From the NCBI RefSeq assembly GCF_963921235.1, contig NC_086118.1:16370001-16434000 (forward strand): a stretch of DNA of 64,000 bases, written 5' to 3'. The DNA is from Mobula hypostoma. Its lineage: Eukaryota. Positions 10,026 to 20,362 of this stretch are shown here, in pieces (position 1 is the first letter of the stretch; each line of letters starts with the position of its first letter). The notes beneath the pieces are model-generated. The model saw only the letters and a program-made list of their open reading frames with translations. It did no database searches and was not told the origin of the DNA. Made by a program: the position numbers and the translations under genes.

Positions 10026-13000
10026 TGTGACAAGATCCTGAATTATCCCTTATGGACTGTGCCTTTAAAAAGAGAGAGCGAGCGTGCAGCTGTGCAGCAC
10101 AAACAGCTTGGTACAGAGAGAGAGAGAGAGAGAGAGAGGGGTGAAGACTGCTCACAGTTTGCTTGGGATTTCTGCAAGGACACTGCCAGCTTTTGAGTTC
10201 CTACAGAGAGAGAGAGGAGGAGCTACGTGATGGCCAGCTGGTGTTCAGCATGCTGAGATAAATACAAGGTCAGCTAGTTGTTACACACACACATGGTTTT
10301 GGACACTGGATGTTGTGCCCACAGAAAGGTGGGTTTTTGGAGGATCAACCGGGAGAATTGATCAGTGGCTCTCGCAGTGTGGAAAAGGGGTCACCACAGA
10401 AGACGGTCTCCTTTTTGTGGTCACATTCGGTGACTTTTAAGGGATTTCAGAGGCAACGGAGGATTGACGGCATCAGGTGACCTGAAGAACTGAACACCTC
10501 TCTCTCTCCAACACTACTCCCTTCAATAATACAAACTGAACTCTACCTATCATCGTAAGACTGTATCCAATTACCTCCTAAGCTCGAAGAGCTTGGCTCT
10601 ATTATTATATATATGATCATTGCTAACCTGGTTGATATATCTGAATTTATATTACTGTATTGTGTAGTTATTAATAAACGAGCACTACTAGACTCCAAGC
10701 TGTTTTCCATTTCTGCTGGTTCTTTAACCTATTATGGAGTATGTAACAAAATTGGGGCTTCGTCTGGATTTGAGCAAATTGTTTGGGGGCTTGTTTGAAT
10801 TGATTGGGGAAGATCCCTTTTGATTTGGTCATGTGTAAAAACAGCAGAAATGGAGGCTAGTATTGATAAGTTTCTGGTGGAACCAACCCCTGAAGTGTTG
10901 GATGATGCTACGAGGAATATGCTGTTGGGAATCGTTCGAAGGTTAATGCTTAAGGTGAATACTAGAATGAGGAAGGCTCGGATGCAGACGGTAACAGCAA
11001 AGTATTTTTATAACCCAGGGAAAGTTTAATGAGGATGTGTTGGAAATGTTTGCTGAAGGTAAACTTGCTGAGGCAGAGATTCAGCTTCAGTTGGAAAAAT
11101 TAAAGATGGAGCATGAATTACAATTAAAGCAGCTCGAGCGACAGGAGGAAGACAAACAGAGAAGAGGCAGAACGACAGAGGATGTTTGAGAAGGAGATAT
11201 TGCAGCAAGGAGGTCAAGTGTCATGCCGAGGTAATGAACAGGTGGCACCATTTAATGTTAGCCAAGAAATAAAGTTGGTACTTCCATTTGAGGAAACAGA
11301 AGTCAATTAGTATTTCCTACATTTTGAAAAAGTGGCCATAAATCAGCAGTGGCTGAGGGCTCAGTGGGCTGTCCTGTTACAAAGTGTGATTAAGGGGAAG
11401 GCTCAACAAGTGTACATAGAAACATAGAAAATAGGTGCAGGAGTAGGCCATACGGCCCTTCGAGCCTGCACCGCCATTTATTATGATCATGGCTGATCAT
11501 CCAACTCAGAACCCCGCCCCAGCCTTCCCTCCATACCCCCTGATCCCTGTAGCCACAAGGGCCATATCTAACTCCCTCTTAAACATAGCCAATGAACTGG
11601 CCTCAACAGTTTGCTGTGGCAGTGAATTCCACAGATTCGCCACTCTCTGTGTGAAGAAGTTTTTCCTAATCTCGGTCCTAAAAGGCTTCCCCTCTATCCT
11701 CAAACTGTGACCCCTTGTTCTGGACTTCCCCAACATCGGGAACAATCTTCCTGCATCTAGCCTGTCCAATCCCTTTAGGATCTTATACGTTTCAATCAGA
11801 TCCCCCCTCAATCTTCTAAATTCCAACGAGTACAAGCCCAGTTCATCCAGTCTTTCTTCATATGAAAGTCCTGCCATCCCAGGAATCAATCTGGTGAACC
11901 TTCTTTGTACTCCCTCTATGGCAAAGATGTCTTTCCTCAGATTAGGGGACCAAAACTGCACACAATACTCCAGGTGTGGTCTCACCAAGGCCTTGGACAA
12001 CTGCAGTAGTACCTCCCTGCTCCTGTACTCGAATCCTCTCGCTATAAATGCCAGCATACCATTCGCCTTTTTCACCGCCTGCTGTACCTGCATGCCCACT
12101 TTCAATGACTGGTGTATAATGACACCCAGGTCTCGTTGCACCTCCCCTTTTCCTAATTGGCCACCATTCAGATAATAATCTGTTTTCCTATTTTTGCCAC
12201 CAAAGTGGATAACATCACATTTATCCACATCAAATCGCATCTGCCATGAGTTTGCCCACTCACCCAACCTATCCAAGTCACCCTGCATCCTCTTAGCATC
12301 CTCCTCACTGCTAACACTACCACCCAGCTTCGTGTCATCCGCAAACTTGGAGATGCTGCATTTAATTCCCTCATCTAAGTCATTAATATATATTGTAAAC
12401 AACTGGGGTCCCAGCACTGAGCCTTGCGTTACCCCACTAGTCACTGCCTGCCATTCTGAAAAGGTCCCGTTTATTCCTACTCTTTGCTTCCTGTCTGCTA
12501 ACCAATTCTCCACCCACACCAATACCTTACCCCCAATACCGTGTGCTTTAAGTTTGCACACTAATCTCCTGTGTGGGACCTTGTCAAAAGCCTTTTGAAA
12601 ATCCAAATATACCACATCCACTGGTTCTCCCCTATCCACTCTACTAGTTACATCCTCAAAAAATTCTATGAGATTCGTCAGACATGATTTTCCTTTCACA
12701 AATCCATGCTGACTTTGTCCAATCATTTCACCGCTTTCCAAATGTGCTGTTATCACATCCTTGATTGTGGTACAGTGAAAGCTGCTGTGCTTAAGGTTTA
12801 TGAGTTGGTTCCGGAGGCATACAGGAAAAGGTTCCAAGATTTGAGGAAGCCTTGGGACCGCATGTATAGTATCTAGAGTTTGACCGTGAGATGCAGATTT
12901 ACTTTGATCGGTGGTGTACCTCAAAAGGGGCAAGTGAGAATATTGACAACCTGAAAGAGTTGATATTGATTGAACAGTTTAAAAGCTGTGTCCCTGGTGG

Positions 13001-13408
13001 TATAAGGATATACTTAGATGAGAAAAAGGCGGCGACCCTTTCAGTGTCTGCTAGATTAGCAGACGAGTATGCCTTAACTCATAAGGTTAGATTTTTTCTG
13101 AATAGGAGTTAGCAAAAGGGTAATAGAGATAACCCACTGGCTAAACCAGAAAGTAAGCTGAGGACTAGTGACAAAAGTAAGGAGGAAGGAAAGCAATTTT
13201 CAAGTTTAACGTGTTTCTATTGTAAGAAGCCCAGTCATGTGGCAGCTAATTATTTTGCTCAAAAAAGGGAAAAGGAAAAGGAAAAGGAAAAGGAGAAAAT
13301 CCCAAATGCTTGTGTTCAGCTGGTTAAGACACCACTGAAAAAGGAGGGGTCTGACCAAGTTCAAGAAGTGTTGGAGCGGTTTATCTCGAATGGATTTGTG
13401 TCTGTGAA
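10026..13408 (+). mobile_element. Gmr1-like element B: 5' LTR (10026-10748), PBS, decayed gag (ATG 10850), split by CR1
   Basis: TGTGAC...TAACA LTR; PBS tggggcttcgtctggat; Gag homologous to element A (MEASIDKFL, LILIEQFK, ADEYALTHK, zinc knuckle remnant) with stops and frameshifts. Confidence 0.85.
11415..12765 (-). mobile_element. Young 5'-truncated CR1 LINE (RT domain open)
   Basis: YLDFQKAFD, FADDTK, (TTTCTATG)n tail. Nearly identical to the copy at 50786-53023. Confidence 0.95.
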
Positions 13409-13625
13409 CAACACACATAAAAGTTGCTGGTGAACGCAGCAGGCCAGGCAGCATCTGTAGGAAGAGGTGCAGTCGACGTTTCAGGCTGAGACCCTTCGTC
13501 AGGACTAACTGAAGGAAGAGTGAGTAAGGGATTTGAAAGTTGGAGGGGGAGGTGGAGATCCAAAATGATAGGAGAAGACAGGAGGGGGAGGGATGGAGCC
13601 GAGAGCTGGACAGGTGATAGGCAAA
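13408..13625 (-). mobile_element. Penelope-like element terminal fragment with hammerhead motif
   Basis: Same terminus as the GIY-YIG-bearing copies at 30165-31380 and 48520-49565. AGTC-CTGACGA-stem-GAAA-CGTC-GACT at 13471-13506 (-). Confidence 0.8.
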
Positions 13626-15078
13626 AGATCAACCAGTGTGCAAAAGATAACAAACTGTGCCAATACAAAAAGAAATAAATAATAATAATAAATAAATAAG
13701 TAAACAATATTGAGAACATGAGATGAAGAATCCGCGAAAGTGAGTCCATAGGTTGTGAGAACATTTCACTGATGGGCCGAGTGCAGTTGAGTGAAGTTAT
13801 CCCCTCTGGTTCAAGAGCCTGATTGTTGAGGGGTAATAACCGTTCCTGAACCTGGTGGTGCAGGTCCTGAGGCTCCTGTATCTTCTTCCTGATGGAAGCA
13901 GTGAGAAGAGAGCATGATCTGGGTGGTGGGTTCCCAGATGATGGATGCTGCTTTTCCTGCAACAACATTTCTTGTAGATGTGCTCAGTGGTGGGGATGGC
14001 TTTACCTGTGATAGACTGGGTTGTATCCATTACGTTTTGTAAGGATATTCCATTCAAGGATATTGGTGTTTCCATACCAGGCTGTGATGCAACCAGTCGA
14101 TATACTCTCCAGTACACACCTGTAAAAGTTTGTCAAAATTTTAGATGTCATGCTGAATCTTCACAAAATCCTCAGGAAGTAGAGGCATAATTGCCCTTAC
14201 ATACTGGGCTCAGGACATGTCCTCTGAAATAATAACACTGAGTAATTTAAATCTGCTGGCCCCCTCCACTTCTGATTCTCTACTGAGGACTGGCTCATGG
14301 ACCTCTGGTTTCCTCCTCCCAAAATCAATATCAGCTCCTTGGTCTTGCTGACATTGAGTAACACATTATTGTTATGGCACCACTCAGCCAAATTTTCAGT
14401 CTCCCCCCCATATACTGATCCATCACCACTTTTGATTTGGCCTACAACAGTGGTGTCATCAGCAAACTTGAATATGGCATTGGAACTGTGCTCAGCTACA
14501 CAGTCATAAGTGTAAAACAAGTAGACAGAGGGCTAAACACACAGCCTGTGGTGCACCTGTACTGATGGAGATCACGGATGACAAGTTGTTGCTAGTCTGA
14601 ACTGACTGGGGTCTGCAAATGAGGAAATCGAGGATCCAATTGCACAAGGTGTCATTGAGGCCAATGTCAAAGTTTATTAAGTCCTGACGAAGGGTCTCGG
14701 CCTGAAACGTCGACTGCGCCTCTTCCTATAGATGCTGCTTGGCCTGCTGCGTTCACCAGCAACTTTGATGTATGTTGTCAAAGTTTATTGATTAGTTTCA
14801 AAGGTAGGTATTGAATGCTGAGCTGTAGTCTGTAAAAAGCATGCTGGTGTATGCATTCTTTGTTGTCCAGATGTTCCAGGTTGAGTGAGGTATGACCCTG
14901 GTGCTCCGCTAGGCAAATTTGAGCAGATCCAAGTTACTTCTCAGGTAGGAGTTGGTATTTTTCATCACTAACTTCTCAAAACACTTCATCACTGTGGACG
15001 TAAGTGTTTTTGGACAATAGTCAATGAGGCAGGTTACCACATTCTTCGTATGCACCGGTGTATTTGAAGCCTGCTTGA
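13626..15078 (-). mobile_element. Rex1/Babar-type LINE fragment
   Basis: [49 protein letters not shown]. Confidence 0.85.
14679..14775 (+). ncRNA. 97-bp Penelope-derived insert beginning with an intact minimal type I hammerhead ribozyme (14680-14715)
   Basis: AGUC / CUGACGA / AGG..CCU / GAAA / CGUC / GACU. 14-bp TSD TGTCAAAGTTTATT at 14665-14678 and 14776-14789. Confidence 0.75.
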
Positions 15079-15456
15079 AGTTGTTTTGCTTATGGGCAAG
15101 TACTCTCGAGTTCTGGAGTTCTTGCATATTAAAAAGTTTTATTTTGTCATCAACCTACAAATTCAAGCTAAAATTATCATTTTATCATAGGAGTCTGCAG
15201 ATGTTGAAATCTGAAGCAAGAAATTTTCTGCTGAAGGATCCTAATTAGTCGAGCAGCGTCTGTAGGGAGAGAGGAATTGTAAACATTTTGAGTCAACCCT
15301 CCATCCGATCCATACATAAGGCTATAAATAATTCATTCATTCTCATCTGCTGTCAAGGTGGACCTTTAACAGTAGGCATTAAAAGACTTTCGTTAGCTAT
15401 GATGTCAATGAAAGCCTCGATCTGCTCAGAACCATCCTTTCAAAAACAAAAGCAAA

Positions 15457-15725
15457 AGGGATGGCACGGTAGTGTAGTGGTTAGCATCATGCTTCACAGT
15501 ACCAGCAACATGGGTTCAATACCCACTGCAGCATGTGAGGAGCTTCTAAGTTCTCCCTGTGACCATGTAGGTTTCCTCCAAGCACACTTGTTTCCTCCCA
15601 CATACCAGTTGGTAGGTTAATTGATCTTTGTAAATTGTCCTGTGATTAAATAGGGGGATTGCTAGGTGGTGCGGCTTGAAGGGGAAGAAGGGCCTATTCT
15701 GCACTATAACTCAAATAAGTAAATA
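15457..15725 (+). mobile_element. tRNA-derived SINE (HE1/V-SINE-like)
   Basis: Box A-like gtagtgtagtgg, box B-like ggttcaatacc, central ggtttcctcc...tttcctcccaca V-domain-like core, AT-rich tail. Confidence 0.7.
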
Positions 15726-16249
15726 ATGCAAAAGGACTGCCACTTGTAAAGTAACATTAACATGCATTCTCTTTTGCATGTAGTCAAAATCCTGGTAGAA
15801 TGTTGGTTCGTGACTGAGTCCAGAGGCACAGATGGCTAAGAGGGGTTGGTTATTCAGAGAATCTTGCTGTATAAAGACATAGCTGTGCACTTGAACTAGG
15901 TTGCTTTTTCAAGAGTGAACAGATTAGTTATTCATCTGGTGAACAAACAGCAAGTAGGTTCAGAAATCTATTTTCTGTGGATTTATGGATGCTGTAAATG
16001 TCTTCTGTAGCCCCGAGAAGTATTTGAAAGAATAGAGTTGACCTGGGAGACTGCCACCTGTGGTAGATATTTCCATTTGGTCAGCTTGTAACAAACGGCA
16101 TTATCTTACATATTAACCTAAGCTTGCAGGGAGATTTGCCTAGAAATCCTAAGGCACCAGAAAGTAGATGTGGGAATGGTATATGAATGGTGAGAGAATA
16201 ACCATTTTGAATGATATTCCATTGCAATAAAATTGGAGTGATTACACAC

Positions 16250-16677
16250 TGTTCCACAAAACTGAAACCCAATAGGAATAACCATGACGGGTGGATGCTG
16301 CAACTATTTGGTTTCGCTTGAACAAATAGACTCAGACTCGGTAGTTCCTCCGAGACTCACTTTATTGTTAATACAGAGAAGAAAATAGAGAGTTGCAAGA
16401 AATGCTTTATATCGTACACTACCTACACCACTAATAGGTAGGGCTAACTGAAGCAACCCCTAGTAGTCTACTCCACCAAGTATACTTAGCAATGTCTGCC
16501 TGGTCCCTGAAGCAGGCGATCGACCGTGGACTGGCCAGGATGGAGGTCCTCGGTGCTGGTTCAGCTGCTCGGCTGGAAGGTGGGACCCAGGCGAGTGGTC
16601 TGCCCAAGGAAAAACTTGCCCACCTTTATAGCACTATCGCCACCTCCCAGTCCAGCTGGAAGGGGCCAGGCATCCAA
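16250..16677 (-). mobile_element. Partial ERV LTR (3' portion)
   Basis: Roughly 90% identical by eye to 18044-18470. Ends GGAACA on the - strand. Joined directly to gag at 16678. Confidence 0.85.
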
Positions 16678-17965
16678 AACGTGGACTTCACCGGAATGCG
16701 GACTTCACGGACCGGATCATGACAGAAGCCTGCTTTCAAAAGAGTAGTGAAGATCTCCCTGCGCATCAGGGCAGGTTTCCTAGTCCCACTGGTACCATGA
16801 GTTCCTTCCCCTCCAGTATTCATTAGCTGTGTCGAACGGACTCGGGGCTTAACCAGCTGCAAATCCGAAAGGTTTGCCAAGGCATTAGTCATGCCCTCCA
16901 CATCCTCCTGAACTAAGGGCCCCAATAATGCAAGAACCACACCCCGAATGGATGGGGCGGCTGACCACACCAATTTTGTGTACATCTAGTCGCCACTGTG
17001 CATCCCAGTCCTCATACATCCTATTGACCAGAGCCTGTTGTCTTAAGCGGTGAATGCCTTCTGTGGCAGTCTCCCAGTCCCCCTGTACCTGTGAATCCCA
17101 ATCAAGGGGGTGCTTCTTAACAGCCTCTAACACTTGAAAAAAGAACCTATTCACACGGGGAAATTGGCGTAACTCAATATTAATATGGGGATTCAAGGTT
17201 AAAGACCCTAGCCTTGCTAGTTGTTCAGGATAAAAGGTTATGCTAGCACCTCCACCGTCCCACAAGTGGTGTAAGCACTTGGCCAGTGATGCCCAGACCT
17301 TTGTTTAAAACGGGCAGCCATCTCAAATAGCTCCTTATCATTATACTCCTTGTACTCGAAAGTCTGTACTCCTGGCTGCCCGGGTACAGTCTTTTGAGAA
17401 GTCACCACAGCAGACTGAGCCTGCAATAGTTCTGGGGGAAAAGCAGTTTCCCCCTCACCAAATGACTCATTATAATTATCATCATACCATATATCCCCAT
17501 CCCAGGTATCTGGGTCTCCCCTAGGTAACAACATGAATCTTATCTTCATGGGATCGGGGGTATAATTCTGGTGGCGAGCCGCCTCCTGATGTTTGATTTG
17601 CACTAGCCTACATGCCATCTTATTCCTTTCTCCTCCGCCTCCTGCACCCTATTCTGACTACTCCTCACCATCTCAGTCATTACTGAGCACCTCTCCTTCA
17701 TAGCATTCACTTCATCCCTCAACTTATCCCTTTCTTGTTCCACTTCACGGATCCTTTCCAACTGTTGGCACAAGGCTGCGGCCAGCAGCCAATAGCCATC
17801 AGTATGAGAACCTTGTTTCGATGGAAAATTTATTTCTCGCAACAATCTAGCCATCTTACTTCCCAATTTCTCGCCAGTGTTATCTGGGCAATCATCTCAA
17901 CTTATGGGAGGTCCCAGCTTAGCAAGTGCAGCAAGCCCATCAGTATTATCTGTCCACCCAGGCAT
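16678..17965 (-). pseudogene. gag: Class III ERV gag (frameshifted)
   Basis: ATG at 17965 after the PBS. ORFs 17603-17866, 17238-17618, 16885-17265 and 16626-16985 are consecutive frames (YWLLAAAL, coiled coil, DPDTWDGDIW, EYNDKEL, WDGGG). No zinc knuckle seen, as expected for ERV-L/S Gag. Confidence 0.8.
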
Positions 17966-18023
17966 GCAATATTGTTCCAGGGCAACCTTTTTGTTCCAGT
18001 GAAACATTGTCAGCAATCCAGGT

Positions 18024-18041
18024 ATCCTGCCAACTACGCCA
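18024..18041 (-). promoter_or_regulatory. Primer-binding site, tRNA-Ser
   Basis: TGGCGTAGTTGGCAGGAT, 17/18 match to the tRNA-Ser PBS TGGCGTAGTCGGCAGGAT, 2 nt from the LTR end. Confidence 0.85.
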
Positions 18042-18043
18042 AT

Positions 18044-18874
18044 TGGTCCACAAAACTGATACCCAATAAGAATAACCGTGATGGGTGGATGCTGCGACTA
18101 TTTGGTTTCACTTGAACAAATGGACCCAGACTCAGTAGCTCCTCTGAGACTCACTTTATTGTTAATACAGAGAACAAAATAGAGAGTTGCAAGAAATGCT
18201 TTATATTGTACACTAACTACACCAGTAATAGGTAGGGCTAACTTAAACAACCCCAGTAGTCTACACCGCTGAGTATACTTAACAATGTCTGCCTGGTCCC
18301 TGAAGCAGGCGATCGACCGTGGACTGGCCAGGGTGGAGGTCCTTGGCGCCGGTTCAGCTGCTTGGCCCAAAGGTGGGACCCAGGCGAGTGGTCTGCCCAG
18401 GAAAGAACTTGCCCACCTTTATAGCACTGTCGCCACCTCCCAGTCCAGCTGGAAGGGGCCAGGCATCCAATCTGACGCTTACACGGCCCTAACTTGGGCC
18501 AGTCCAAGTCCTGGCCATGTATTAGGCCAACATACACCCTCCATACCTGCAAGTACCAGGGTCGGGTGACCTGTGACAACTGGCCTTTGCCCCCTCAGGG
18601 ACAATGCATCCTATTAATCCTACAACCAAACAATGTAAAAAAAAATTCTTTAGAGACAAGGTGATTAATTACTTTTACACAAATCAGTACTTTTAGCTTG
18701 CTCTCAGGCATGTTATCCGGTAGACCAGAGTCACATATTGTTCTCCCTTTATCTAGTATCAAGGGTCAATCTGACCAACAACATAACAGGCCCATAAATT
18801 CCTAATTGTTAACCATTTTCTTGCCAGTTTTCAGACCCACACATCTCTCCCATACACTATACACTTCCTATACA
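18044..18874 (-). mobile_element. Complete ERV LTR (831 bp) preceded by PPT and env end, followed by PBS
   Basis: Starts TGTA after PPT AGGGGGTGGAG (18875-18885). TATAAA near 18420, AATAAA near 18158, ends CCA. Confidence 0.85.
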
Positions 18875-18915
18875 CTCCACCCCCTGTCTCTAGTATAGCG
18901 GATCATGGATGCCTG

Positions 18916-18995
18916 TGTGACAGGGTCCTGAATTACCCCTATGAAATGTGCTCAATTACCCCTATGAACTGTGCTTTTGAAAAGAGAGAGGGTGT

Positions 18996-19062
<67 letters not shown>

Positions 19063-19400
19063 ATTTAACACTGACATCTTGTTTTTAAGAAAGAGAGAGA
19101 GAGACGAAGACTGCTCACAGTTTGTTTATACTTTCCCAAGGACATTCCCTGCTTGTACGTTCTTACAGACAGAGAAGGGAGGAACTGTTATTTGAGAGAC
19201 AGTTGGTACTCAGTACGGGGAGATAAATAGAAGGTCAGATGATAGACCTGAGACACATGATCTTGGATACTGAATGAGCTTTGTTGTGCCCACAGAAAAA
19301 GTGGGTTTTGGAGGATCATTTAGGTGGATCAATCAGTGGCTTTTGCAGTGTGAACAGGGCATGGCCGGTGGGGAGTTATTTGTGTGCCCAACTCTTGCAC
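18916..19400 (+). mobile_element. 5' half of Gmr1-family LTR C with expanded (GA)n
   Basis: TGTGACAGGGTCCTGAATT is homologous to the LTR B start. Preceded by TSD CCTG (18912-18915). (GA)n at about 18999-19060. Confidence 0.8.
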
Positions 19401-20362
19401 ACTGACACATACCTTCGCATCAAACCACTGTTCTCTGAGCAAGGTCAAAGGTCCTCTGGGCCTGTAACCAAAAACAAGCTGAAACAGGCTAAACCCTAAT
19501 GATTCTTGAATTGAGTCTCTAACAGCAAAGATAAGTAAATATATACCTTCATCCCAGTCCCTGTTATTCTCATAACAGTAGGTTTTAATCATTGTCTTTA
19601 AAGTGAAATGGAACCGTTCCAAGGCTCCTTGGGATTCTGGGTGGTATGCAGATGAAACAGTTTGTTTAGCCCCCAGCTCAGAAACTATTTGCTGGAATAC
19701 TCCTGATGTAAAGTTACTGCCCTGGTCGGACTGAATTTCTTTGAGCAGGCCAACCATAGTGAAAAAACTTAATGAGTGCCTTCACCACTGTTTTAGCCCT
19801 AATATTTCAAAGAGGAACTGCCTCGGGGAACCTAGAAGTGGCACACATTATAGTTAACACATACTGATGGCCAGCTGCAGTTTTTGGCAGTGGGCCAACA
19901 CAATCCACCATGACTGGGGAAAATGGTTCACCAAAAGCAGGTATCGGCCGAAGTGGAGCTTTTGGGATGGCCTGATTAGGTTTTCCCACCACCTGGCACG
20001 TATGACAAACTCTGCAATAATTCACAATATCCTTCCTCACATTGGCCAATAAAATTCCCTCATAATCCTGTGCACTGTCTTCTTTACTCCAAAATGTCCA
20101 CCTAAAGGGTTATTATGGGCCAGGTTTAAAATTTCAGCCCTGTAAACTTTTGGAACCACTACCTGGTGCACAATAGCCCAATCCTCACTTGCAGGCACAG
20201 TGGCTGGTCTCCACCTCCTCATTAACACCCCATCTTTAGGGTAATATCCCACTGACTCATTCTGAATTTCATCCGCAGAGAGAGCTGTCTTCCTTAAAGC
20301 TACAATTTCTGGATCTCGATTCTGTTCCTCTATGAATTCCTTTCTAGATAAGGACAAGCCTT
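19400..20362 (-). pseudogene. Gmr1-like integrase fragment
   Basis: AHNNPLGGH...CRVCHTCQ, VDCVGPLP, SDQGSNF, PESQGALERFH. Upstream linker SRKEFIEEQNRDP matches the post-protease linker of element A, i.e. PR-IN order. Confidence 0.9.

Noticed and set aside
9250..10155. 301-aa ORF as a complete syncytin-like gene with signal peptide
   Set aside because: The apparent SLSLSL leader is the (GA)n of LTR B read antisense, the C-terminus is LTR C, and most of SU is missing.
11506..12933. 475-aa ORF with a unique N-terminus
   Set aside because: The N-terminus is antisense Gmr1 gag; the rest is truncated CR1 ORF2.
15457..15530. tRNA gene
   Set aside because: Degenerate tRNA-derived SINE head without a full cloverleaf.
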